Position numbers and translations under genes: made by a program
Shown here: positions 1 to 9,300 of the stretch, piece by piece
How the letters are laid out: each line of letters opens with the position of its first letter
Position numbering within the stretch: the stretch's first letter is position 1
The notes under the pieces: model-generated
Database searches by the model: none
Seen by the model: only the letters and a program-made list of their open reading frames with translations
What the model was told of the DNA's origin: nothing
Source of the DNA: Bdellovibrionota bacterium
Lineage (GTDB): Bacteria; Bdellovibrionota_C; UBA2361; JBIKUX01
Reading direction: 5' to 3'
NCBI GenBank assembly: GCA_044347345.1
Contig: JBIKUX010000010.1
Location: 27,032 to 91,031, forward strand
DNA: 64,000 nt

Positions 1-1098
1 ACTTCTCCTCGGATGTTGTTCGGCATCTTAGAAAATGATTCAGTGAATTATTCCAATGAGAAGCAATTAAAGGATGTTGAGGTTTCTGTTTCTGGCCCTA
101 CGATCGGTGTAGCAGATGCAACATTTCAAAATGTCAAGACGTTTGATTCAATAGAATCTAAAAAGGAAGGGCAGTTTGATTTGTTGCATGACATGGCACC
201 TCTTGACCAAGGAGCTAGGAGTATCTTTTTTCTTCAACAACTGTTTAGCTCAGCAGTAACGCTTATACGAGTACCGAGTGGTACCAAATTCAAAGAACCT
301 TTTTTCATAAATGCCAAGGCAAAGAGTGCCGTTGGAAGTTATCTAACCATCATTATTGTGGAAAGGGGCGCATCGGCTGAATTTGTTGAAGAGGTTGAGT
401 CGTTTGCTGGGTCGTCTCTTTTAATGGGTCGTACTGAAATACTGGTCGATTCTGAAGGATTATGTTCCTATACCTTGTCTGGTGCTACTAAGGGCGAACA
501 TAGTTTATTTCATCGTATTCGCGGTCATGTAGGGCGAGCATCTAGTCTTGATGTAACCTCTGCTATTTTCGGAGCTAAAGCGGCTCGAATTGAAGTAGAT
601 TGTTTGATGAAAAAGGATGGGGGTCAGGCTAAAATAAGGTCTTTAGCAATTGGTAGTGATAAAACTCATTTTGATTTGCATACTAATCAGATTCATATAG
701 CACCTAATTGCAAATCTGAACTTTCGGCTAATGCTGTTATGAGTGATCGAGCCAGAAGTGTTTATTATGGTCTTATTGAAGTAGCTGAAAATGCTCATGG
801 AACAGATGCTTATCAATCGAGTAAGAATTTGCTTTTGAGTGAGGATGCTCGAGCCGATTCGGTGCCTAACCTAAAAATTTTAGCTAATGAGGTTAAATGT
901 TCTCATGGTGCTACAGTTGCTCAATTAAATGATGATGAATTATTTTATATGCAGTCTCGAGGTATGTCTCGTAAAATGGCTGAAAATCTCTTAGTAAGTG
1001 GATTTATCGGAAAAACAGTAGCTGAAATACCCGGCAAATTTGGAAGGGACAAAGTACAATCAACATTATCAACCACTGGGATGTCCTTAGAGGCTTAA
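1..1098 (+). CDS. sufD: Fe-S cluster assembly protein SufD (probably 5'-truncated by window edge)
   Basis: C-terminal SufBD motifs (TDAYQSSKNLLLS, PNLKILANEVKCSHGATV, LFYMQSRG); frame is open back to base 1; followed by Rieske and SufU-like genes. Confidence 0.9.
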   Translation, partial: TSPRMLFGILENDSVNYSNEKQLKDVEVSVSGPTIGVADATFQNVKTFDSIESKKEGQFDLLHDMAPLDQGARSIFFLQQLFSSAVTLIRVPSGTKFKEPFFINAKAKSAVGSYLTIIIVERGASAEFVEEVESFAGSSLLMGRTEILVDSEGLCSYTLSGATKGEHSLFHRIRGHVGRASSLDVTSAIFGAKAARIEVDCLMKKDGGQAKIRSLAIGSDKTHFDLHTNQIHIAPNCKSELSANAVMSDRARSVYYGLIEVAENAHGTDAYQSSKNLLLSEDARADSVPNLKILANEVKCSHGATVAQLNDDELFYMQSRGMSRKMAENLLVSGFIGKTVAEIPGKFGRDKVQSTLSTTGMSLEA

Positions 1099-1101
1099 TA
1101 A

Positions 1102-1431
1102 ATGGAAAATGAAAACAATCGTTCTTTCAAGGTAGCAACTGTAAATGATTTAAAGACGAATTGTTTCAGCTGTGAGGTTGATGGATGGAGCATTTTAATA
1201 TTGCGTCATTCCGATGGATCGTTAACAGCTATTGAGGATAGATGCTCTCATGCTGATGTTCCTTTATCGGATGGTGAATTTGATCCCAAATTAGGCAAAA
1301 TTACCTGTCCGGCTCATGGAGCAGAATTTTGCACCAGAGAAGGTACAGCCTTATGTATGCCAGCAGTAGCGCCTGTGAAGATTTTTTCTGTAAAAATTAT
1401 TGGTGATGAAATTTGGATAGCAATACCTTAA
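1102..1431 (+). CDS. Rieske [2Fe-2S] ferredoxin, suf-associated
   Basis: CSH...CPAH Rieske ligand motifs; 109 aa. Confidence 0.9.
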   Translation: MENENNRSFKVATVNDLKTNCFSCEVDGWSILILRHSDGSLTAIEDRCSHADVPLSDGEFDPKLGKITCPAHGAEFCTREGTALCMPAVAPVKIFSVKIIGDEIWIAIP

Positions 1432-2024
1432 GGATAGTGGCAGAAAAAAGTGTTAGCATTAGTGAAATTTTATTAGATGCTTACAGGTATCCTAGGCACC
1501 GTGTAGATTATCCAAAACATGTAGATTATCCAAAACATGTAGATTATCCAAAACATGTAGATTATCCAAAGAGTGGCGTAGGTCAGTTCTACGGTGAGGT
1601 TGCTAGTATTGAACATAAGGCAATAGCTACCAACCCTCGTTGTGGGGACTTAATATCTGTTGTTACCATTTTAACTGATGAGCAATTGCGATATGGTTTT
1701 GAAGCTACCGGGAGTCCCTTACCTTTTAACTGGTCAGGAAAGGGATGTATCCTAAGCTTAGCTGTTACTGAGCTTCTCGTTAGATTCTTAAACGATTCTT
1801 TTAGTTTTTCTAATCAAGAAAGTATATTGCTAACAGTAGAAAAAAATCTTCTAGTTGGAATGTCAATTAAAGAGCCAGAGGATTCTATAGATTTAGGCGA
1901 ACTAGCTTCAGTATTACTTGATATAGGTAAATTTCCGGTAAAAGCGCATTGCGCTGAGCTTGGCTGCAAGGCTATTCGAAAATTAATATCTGGATTAAGA
2001 TCTCTCTTAATTAAGAGTAATTAA
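1413..2024 (+). CDS. sufU: SufU/IscU-like scaffold or sulfur-transfer protein
   Basis: NPRCGD, GKGCILS and AHCAEL supply the three Cys plus Asp; suf context; start uncertain. Confidence 0.75.
   Translation: MDSNTLRIVAEKSVSISEILLDAYRYPRHRVDYPKHVDYPKHVDYPKHVDYPKSGVGQFYGEVASIEHKAIATNPRCGDLISVVTILTDEQLRYGFEATGSPLPFNWSGKGCILSLAVTELLVRFLNDSFSFSNQESILLTVEKNLLVGMSIKEPEDSIDLGELASVLLDIGKFPVKAHCAELGCKAIRKLISGLRSLLIKSN
1502..1570 (+). repeat. 18-bp tandem repeat (about 3.8 copies) encoding HVDYPK
   Basis: Exact GTAGATTATCCAAAACAT units at 1503, 1521 and 1539, partial at 1557. Confidence 0.97.
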
Positions 2025-2116
2025 GCTTTTTGCCTCGGTAGGCGGGTTAAGATACGCTTAGTGTTATTGAGTTAATGTAGTTGTGTGTATTTTTTTCTTT
2101 TGAAAGGCATTTAATC

Positions 2117-2626
2117 ATGATTTTAGCCGCAGTTATCCACCATTTAGCCTTTCTAGGAATTTTTGCGATTATTGTTGCTCAGCATCTTTTTGTTAATCGG
2201 GCTTTAACTGCTGATGTAGTTAGATTATTGCGTAGAATTGATTCGGTTTATTTAATTCTTGCCGTATTACTATTAGTGGTAGGATTTGGGAGGGTTTTTA
2301 TATTTGAAAAGGGGTGGCAATATTACAAAGCCGTCTGGCCCTTCCACTTAAAGCTAACTCTTTATATCCTACTCGGATTGTTATCAGCTTATCCTTCTTT
2401 GCGATTTGCCCACTGGGGTCGTTTGGTCAATTCTGGACAGACTACTATCGAACCATCAAAAAAAGAGCGTGTATTAGTGAAAATGTGTCTTCGTTTAGAA
2501 TTGTTGTTAATAGTGGGTATGGTTGTGTGCGCTGTGATGATGGCTCGAGGTTATTCTGGAAACTATTCTGCAGTATCGTCAGAGCCAACTAGTATTCAGA
2601 GTCCTATAACACCCTCTGGAGCATAG
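2117..2626 (+). CDS. DUF2214-like membrane protein
   Basis: Four hydrophobic segments with R.D..Y, EKG..YY, F..KL.L and LS.YP motifs; ATG 2117 preferred. Confidence 0.75.
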   Translation: MILAAVIHHLAFLGIFAIIVAQHLFVNRALTADVVRLLRRIDSVYLILAVLLLVVGFGRVFIFEKGWQYYKAVWPFHLKLTLYILLGLLSAYPSLRFAHWGRLVNSGQTTIEPSKKERVLVKMCLRLELLLIVGMVVCAVMMARGYSGNYSAVSSEPTSIQSPITPSGA

Positions 2627-2652
2627 TTTTAAATATGCTGGTGTAGTACAGG

Positions 2653-4626
2653 CTAATAAGGATAACCGTAAAAATCTAAATGATCCTTTAATTCTGATAT
2701 ACTACAAAGAATTTCTTGTACAGCACCGCTTGAGGCGAGAGCCTCCAGAACCATCAGATGCTCGCTTAAGGTGGGGATGCCAAGCGACTCCAGGCTATTT
2801 TGTAGTGAGAGAAGTAATTCACTCAGATCTTCCCATTCTTGTGCTTCGGCAAGTGTATTTAAGGTGGGAATTGCTTTGTATACTTGTTCAAGAGCCTTTC
2901 TTTGGCAGTGTAAATCTACATTATTTGAACTTGGTTTATTAAATGAACTGGAATTATCGTGTAGTTTATTGGCGCCTTTAATTCCTAAAAGGATTCCTTG
3001 ACATATATTCAAAAGAAGGCTCAAAGAGTTTCTTGCCCAAGCTTCATCTTGGGCTCTTATAGCCTGTTCTAAGCTAGCTATAGCGCTATTGAAGGTTGAT
3101 AGATTTAGTGTATTAATAGTTTGTGAGATGGCAATTTGATGTTGTTTGATTTCATCCCATTCAAGATTATTTAAAAGAACATCGATTGTAGCCATTTCGT
3201 TTTGTAGTGTACTCAGGCTCTCTTCCAAATTAGTTGTGCCAGATGATTGGTAAGGTAGAGTTTGCTTTTCTGATATTTCGATAGAAGGTTTGCGAGTGAT
3301 ATGCCTTTTAAGTAGAGGTAGTAATTGATCCGCAGTTTTTTCGCGTGATACGCATGCTGTACAACCTGCATCCTTGGTAGCTTTTAATAGTGCTGGAGAT
3401 ACATTTGGTGCTACAGCTATTATTGGCACTGTTATTCCAGCTTCCTTAGCTTGTCGCGCAAAGGCAGCCGCTGAAATATCTGGAAGAGATATACTTAGTA
3501 CAACTACATTAAATTCGGAAGGATTTTTTTTAAGAGCTGATAAGCCCTCTTGACCGCCTGAAAGAAAAGTACTTGTAAAATCTCCATCTATTAATTGTCG
3601 CTCGTACAAGATGCGGTAGTCTTGTGAATAATCGACAAAAAGAACGTGAGCACTATCGGTCAATTCGCTTGGTTCATTGTTAATGATAACTTCATTTGCT
3701 CGAAATGAAAGTGCTACCGAGGTACCTTCTCCGATTTGGCTTTGTACTGTCACTACGCCGCCCATAGCTTCAGCTACTCGTCGAGCAAAACGCAACCCAA
3801 AACCTGCACCTACTGAGCTTCCAGAATCGACAGTATCGTATTCTGAAGATTTTCCTAAAATAGTCTCAATCGACTCGGGATCTAAACCAGCTCCGTTATC
3901 GGATACTGTAAATGTAACACACCCGATCTCCGCACTAAATGAGGCGGAAAGTGTTACATATAGATTATTTTTGGTGTTTCTGACTGCTGTATCGAGAAAA
4001 TTTCTAAGTATGTAGTTCACCCTCTGTTCGTCGAATGACACTATACGAGGGATATTACGCTCAACTTCCCAGCGAAATTGTATAGATCGATAATGAGGAT
4101 GATGGGCATACGATTTATACAATCGACGTAAAAATGGTTTCAGCTCAACCTCTTGTGTCGTTGAACTAAATTTCCCATCCAGTAACTTTTGAATATCAGA
4201 ATATTCATCTAAAACTTGGCCGACTTCGCGAGAGCTTTCAATTAAAACATATAGCAAGTCTTTAGCCTCTAAAGGTATACCAGCTTGTTGTTCAAGTGCG
4301 GTTCCTAGACCAATTAACTGAGTTATAGGGCTTGAAAGTTTTTCTAAAAATATATGATGAAAGTATCGATGTTCTATAGTCCTGAGTTCAGGACAGTTTG
4401 TAATTTGAGCGGATAATTCAGATTTATTTGAATTTATTGACTTATTGAAATTAGTTGTATCAGAAGCTAAATTACTGTGTGAGTTACTCGTCGCTTTATT
4501 AATAGCCCGCTCAATTAATTTTATTAGGCCGCGCATGCTATTAGCTACGCTCTTAAAGGTATTATCTAATTCTGTTTTTTTTAGTAGAGATGAACTCCGT
4601 GAAGGATTGGGAGAAGATTTATCCAT
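2653..4626 (-). CDS. Degenerate hybrid histidine kinase (HisKA-HATPase-REC plus two Hpt-like repeats)
   Basis: DNGAGL and GAGFGL G-boxes, receiver fold, two C-terminal helical repeats; phospho-acceptors appear missing. Confidence 0.75.
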   Translation of the reverse strand: MDKSSPNPSRSSSLLKKTELDNTFKSVANSMRGLIKLIERAINKATSNSHSNLASDTTNFNKSINSNKSELSAQITNCPELRTIEHRYFHHIFLEKLSSPITQLIGLGTALEQQAGIPLEAKDLLYVLIESSREVGQVLDEYSDIQKLLDGKFSSTTQEVELKPFLRRLYKSYAHHPHYRSIQFRWEVERNIPRIVSFDEQRVNYILRNFLDTAVRNTKNNLYVTLSASFSAEIGCVTFTVSDNGAGLDPESIETILGKSSEYDTVDSGSSVGAGFGLRFARRVAEAMGGVVTVQSQIGEGTSVALSFRANEVIINNEPSELTDSAHVLFVDYSQDYRILYERQLIDGDFTSTFLSGGQEGLSALKKNPSEFNVVVLSISLPDISAAAFARQAKEAGITVPIIAVAPNVSPALLKATKDAGCTACVSREKTADQLLPLLKRHITRKPSIEISEKQTLPYQSSGTTNLEESLSTLQNEMATIDVLLNNLEWDEIKQHQIAISQTINTLNLSTFNSAIASLEQAIRAQDEAWARNSLSLLLNICQGILLGIKGANKLHDNSSSFNKPSSNNVDLHCQRKALEQVYKAIPTLNTLAEAQEWEDLSELLLSLQNSLESLGIPTLSEHLMVLEALASSGAVQEILCSISELKDHLDFYGYPY

Positions 4627-4784
4627 AGCAAATAAAAACTTGTTTAAAAGAAAATATGTGATCTAAATGACTAAATTAGTAAAATTATAACCGCTCGTTC
4701 ATTCAACTCATTAGATGATGGGAGGCTGATGATAGGAGGCTTGAGTGGGTAGGTGAATCGAAAAATTTATCTTTATAAAAAAGT

Positions 4785-5450
4785 TTAACGACAGTTGATA
4801 GCTCGCCAACACGTCTCAGCTAACTCTTCCGAAACTTTTCGTGGTGGAGCGTTATTGTATCCATCGAGCCAATCTCGGATATAGGCAAGAGGTAGACCAA
4901 ACACTATTGTCCAAATTAAAGGAGCTTTAATAGGACGTATACGTTTATTTTTAATAGCTTTCTTTATGGATTGTGCTAATTTTCGTCCTAAAGGATCAAA
5001 CCCAACCATAGTTGGATGTTTAATTATGCCACTCATAAATTCATTATGGCGGCATAACCACAAATATCTTGATAACTGATGATTAATTTCCGAGAATTCA
5101 AGAAAACTTTGAACCAGTATCTTAATTATTTGCTCTATGTCTTCTTCATGTTCGATAGCTCCAAACAGAGCAGATCTAAAGGCACTAAGCCCCTCTTGAT
5201 ACAAAGCTTTTGCAACTTCTTCTTTGTTTTTAAAAGTATGGTAAATTGAACCAACACTACATTTACTTTCTCTACTAAGGTCAGGAACATTGGTATTAAA
5301 ATACCCTTGGTCAACGAAAAGTTTAAGAGCAGCAGCTAAGATTCGTTCTCTTGGTTTAAATGAAGAAAAATCGATTGATTCTTTATTTTTTGCATGCTGA
5401 GTGGGGGATTTATCAAGCCTCATTATCCCTGTGCTGTGTCTAATGCTCAT
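4785..5450 (-). CDS. TetR/AcrR family regulator
   Basis: RERILAAALKLF..QGY...SVGSIYHTFKNKEE HTH signature. Confidence 0.93.
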   Translation of the reverse strand: MSIRHSTGIMRLDKSPTQHAKNKESIDFSSFKPRERILAAALKLFVDQGYFNTNVPDLSRESKCSVGSIYHTFKNKEEVAKALYQEGLSAFRSALFGAIEHEEDIEQIIKILVQSFLEFSEINHQLSRYLWLCRHNEFMSGIIKHPTMVGFDPLGRKLAQSIKKAIKNKRIRPIKAPLIWTIVFGLPLAYIRDWLDGYNNAPPRKVSEELAETCWRAINCR

Positions 5451-5518
5451 TTTACAAATCGATCTTTCTTAAAAATTAAAAATCTCCGGGACATTGTTGG
5501 CACAAATACCTACTACTT

Positions 5519-6154
5519 CTATACTGAAATAAGTCCCTGAGATATTGCAAGCTTAACAAGTTCAGCATTAGTATTAAGATTTAGTTTTTTAAGGATGTTA
5601 CTACGATGAGTATCCACAGTTCTAGTACTGATATGAAGCATTCTGCCGATTTGTCTGTTGGGTTTTCCGTCAGCTAGATGCTTTAGAATTTCAACCTCTC
5701 TTTTAGTTAGAACGCTTAAGGGGTTATCGCCAGCATCACCAACCGATGAACTCATAAGATGGTCGGTCACAGAGGGACTTAAATAGGTACGCCCTTGTAG
5801 AATGGAGTCAATAGCAAATTGTAGTTCTTCCATACCGACGTTTTTCGGTAAAAATCCTCTTGCTCCCGCTTTTAAGGCAGCCTTAACATTGTTACGGCCG
5901 TCGTCGGCGGATAATATGAGCACTGGAGCTACAAAGCCTTTAGCCGCCATTTTTTCCAGAGTTTCTATGCCGCCAAGTTTCGGCATGGATACATCCATAA
6001 TAATGACATCAGGGAGGTTAGAGTCTAAAATTTTTAACAACTCTTCGCCGTCTGATGCCTGAGCTACTACTCTGTACCCATCTTTTTTTTCTAGCATTTC
6101 ACACAGCGCAAGTCGTAGCACCTCGTGATCATCTGCCACCACTAGCCTAATCAT
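5519..6154 (-). CDS. NarL/LuxR family response regulator
   Basis: ADDH / MDVSMP receiver and LTKREVEIL...TVDTHRSNILKKL LuxR HTH. Confidence 0.95.
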   Translation of the reverse strand: MIRLVVADDHEVLRLALCEMLEKKDGYRVVAQASDGEELLKILDSNLPDVIIMDVSMPKLGGIETLEKMAAKGFVAPVLILSADDGRNNVKAALKAGARGFLPKNVGMEELQFAIDSILQGRTYLSPSVTDHLMSSSVGDAGDNPLSVLTKREVEILKHLADGKPNRQIGRMLHISTRTVDTHRSNILKKLNLNTNAELVKLAISQGLISV

Positions 6155-6373
6155 ACATTGAATCTCCTACTGAGCTATCGTATTCGCGAGCTATGTTACT
6201 TTTCCTTAGTAGTCTATTTGAGACGAGAAAAAGCCTGTAGCAAAGGGAATATTATCAAAGCGATTTTTTTCCCCCGATTGAATACTAGTTCGTCGCTCTA
6301 CGAGGTATTCTTAAGCATTAAATTAGTACATTAGTGAAATTCTAGTAGAAATACTCATAGTGACACTCAGTAT

Positions 6374-9300
6374 TTATTCTAAATCTAGTACAAACCGTTG
6401 AATTCGCTTGGAAAGTACCAGAAAAGCTACTGGTGAGGCATTACCCCCTCGTAATAACTCTTGTGCTGAGCCGAGTAGTTCGTCATACCCTTGCATAGCT
6501 GAAACCTTTGCTCCCACTTCTTCTACGGAGTGAAGACCTTTGCCGATAAACTGAATGGTAAGAGACGAGAGGCTCCGATCCAGCTCATGAGCGGCTATTC
6601 CTAGTCCTTGCTGTTCCCACTTTGATCTACCCGGAACTCTCTTAATCTGGTCGACTAAGTCGCTAATAGCTAATTTCTGATCTATCGCAAAACGAATTGG
6701 CGCTACTATGGTGCTATCATAATGAGATCTATTTTGGCACCAGGCTTGTTCTAAGAGAAGCCTTACCCACGGTAAAAGACTGAGCCGTTGCTTTACCTCG
6801 CTGGAGAATGAGGAGTAGTTCGCAGACTGCAATCTATTCTCGAACGTAGGAAAATCTCTAGCAGAGATACAAATATTTGGATTTTCATAAAAAAAGAAGA
6901 ATGTATTCTGATATAGCTCAACTATACCACGAATAGAAAGATGCGAACCGTGAACTGCAATTAGCCACTGTGCGGTGTGTCGTACAGCATCGGCAAGCTC
7001 TCTGCGTAATAGAATATAATCGTTATTGTGCTCAGGTGCATCCAATATTCGAGCTTTACTCCTTAATTCTCTCGATTGTAGAAGCTCTTCAGCAGCTATC
7101 GCACATTTAATTACGGTAACAGGCGAAACTCCATGAGCTAAACACATTCGATGTACGAAGGAAATTCCCGTTGAATCGACGATTGAATTTGTTAACTCGG
7201 TAGCAATTAAGTGTTCCTTCAACGGATGACGCGTTAAGGATTTACCTAGTTCGGATTGAAGCTTTTGGGGGAAGTATTGAATTAAATATGATTCAACCAG
7301 AGGTTCAGACGGTAAATCGCTGGTAAGAATAGTTTCTTTAATCCACATCTTTACTCCAGCTAGAAGCATGGCTAGTTCTGGACGAACGAGTCCTTCCCCT
7401 TTTGAAGCTCGCTCAGTAAGGTCATCGTCATCAGGAAGAACATCGAGAGTTCGATTTATGTATCCTCTACGAGTTAATTCTCGAATTAAGCTATTAAAAT
7501 AGTTTACTGTTATGCCTGACCGGTGTTCAGCGATAGTGAGCAGGGTTGCATGATTATGGTTCAGTGATAACACTTGTTCAACTATTTCATCATCTATTTC
7601 AAATAGAAGAGCATCACGTCGGTCTGGAGTAAGTAAGCCTTCTGAGATGAGGTTATCAAAAAGAATTTTTAAATTTACTTCACGGTCAGAAAGCGCTACA
7701 CCAGCTGAGTTATCAATCGCATCAGTATTAAGCCGGATACCCCTTTCGGCACACTCTACTCTTGCTTTTTGAGTTAAGCCAAGATTGCCTCCTTCACCTA
7801 CTACCTTCGCTTTTAACTCACTTGCATCTACACGAACTCTGTCATTCACTCCGTCATTTACTTCAGAATTAGCTTCACTAGAAGATTTAATGTAGGTTCC
7901 GATACCTCCATTCCATAAAAGATCGCATGGAGCTTTTAGGATTAGATTTATAAGTTCTTCCCCATTGACTGTTTGAGGCACTGATGGGGCGATATCAAAA
8001 CGCTCTCTAATATTTGGATGAAGTAAAATGGCTTTATCTGCTCGATTGAAAACACCACCTCCTTCGCTGATTAGCGATGTATTATAGTCGGACCATTGTG
8101 ACCGGTGAATATTAAACAATCGGCTGCGTTCAGAGAAAGATTGTTTAGGATCTGGATTAGGATCAATAAAAATATGACGATGATTAAATGCGGCTATCAG
8201 CTGGATATTGTCACTTAAAAGCATGCCATTTCCAAAAACATCGCCAGACATATCACCGATACCGACAACAGTGAATGAAGATGTGGTATAACAAATGCCT
8301 AAGTCATGAAAGTGACGCTTTACGCATTCCCAAGTTCCACGAGCAGTAATTCCATATTTTTTATGATCGTAGCCATTGCTACCACCTGAAGCAAAAGCAT
8401 CTCCAAGCCAAAAGTGATATTCTTTTGCCGCTATTTCGTTAGCGATATCGCTAAAAGTTGCCGTTCCTTTATCTGCGGCTACTACAAAGTATGGATCTGC
8501 TGGATCGTATGTAAGCACGTATGGAGGATGAATAATATCATCACCTTTACGGTTATCGGTGAGTGATAGTAAAGACCGTATGAAAGCTCTATAAGCTTGT
8601 TCAACAGCTCTGGGTATGCGAGAGGAATCAGTTGGTAGGTGTCTTACTATGAAGCCACCTTTAGCTCCAGTTGGTACAATGAGTACATTTTTTACCTTTT
8701 GAGTTTTCATAAGACCGAGTACTTCAGTGCGAAAGTCTTCTGGACGTTCACTCCATCTAAGTCCTCCTCGGGCCACTTTACCTGCGCGCAGATGTATACC
8801 CTCAACTTCTCTACCATAAACAAAAATTTCATAACGTGGTCTTGGGAGAGGAAGAATCTCTAAATCTTCTGATTTAAGCTTCATAGCTAAAGGCAGAGTG
8901 ACGAGGTCACTAGTCGCAGGATTAAAGAAGTTCACCCTAATCGTCGCCCGAAGTAGAGCTAGCAAAGAGCGAAGGATTCTATCTTGGGTGATATCTTTTA
9001 CAGCTTTCAGCTTTTCGAATACGGCCTGCTCAATCCCCTGGGTGAGAGTGATTCGAGCGTCGAGACATAGATCTTTTGCCGGATCAAATTTAGTTTCAAT
9101 ATACTCCCATAAGAGGTGAGCTATTTCAGGTTGTGATGCAAGAGATTCTAGTAAAACGCCCTTTGAGGCTACTTTTTGTACTTGCCATAAAAGTGCGGTA
9201 AACGCTCTTAAAATTTCAATACTTCTTTCAGATAATACTGTTGAAAGAAGAAGACTATTTAGAATATCGTTTTCAACATTACGCAAAAATATCTGTCTTA

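Noticed and set aside
1502-1570. CRISPR array
   Set aside because: Units are adjacent with no spacers, 18 bp long, in frame within a CDS; no cas genes seen.
3677-4015. Short ORFs overlapping longer genes (this one and similar, e.g. 5802-6062, 34359-34613, 58326-58598)
   Set aside because: Antisense or shadow frames of well-supported genes with no motifs of their own.
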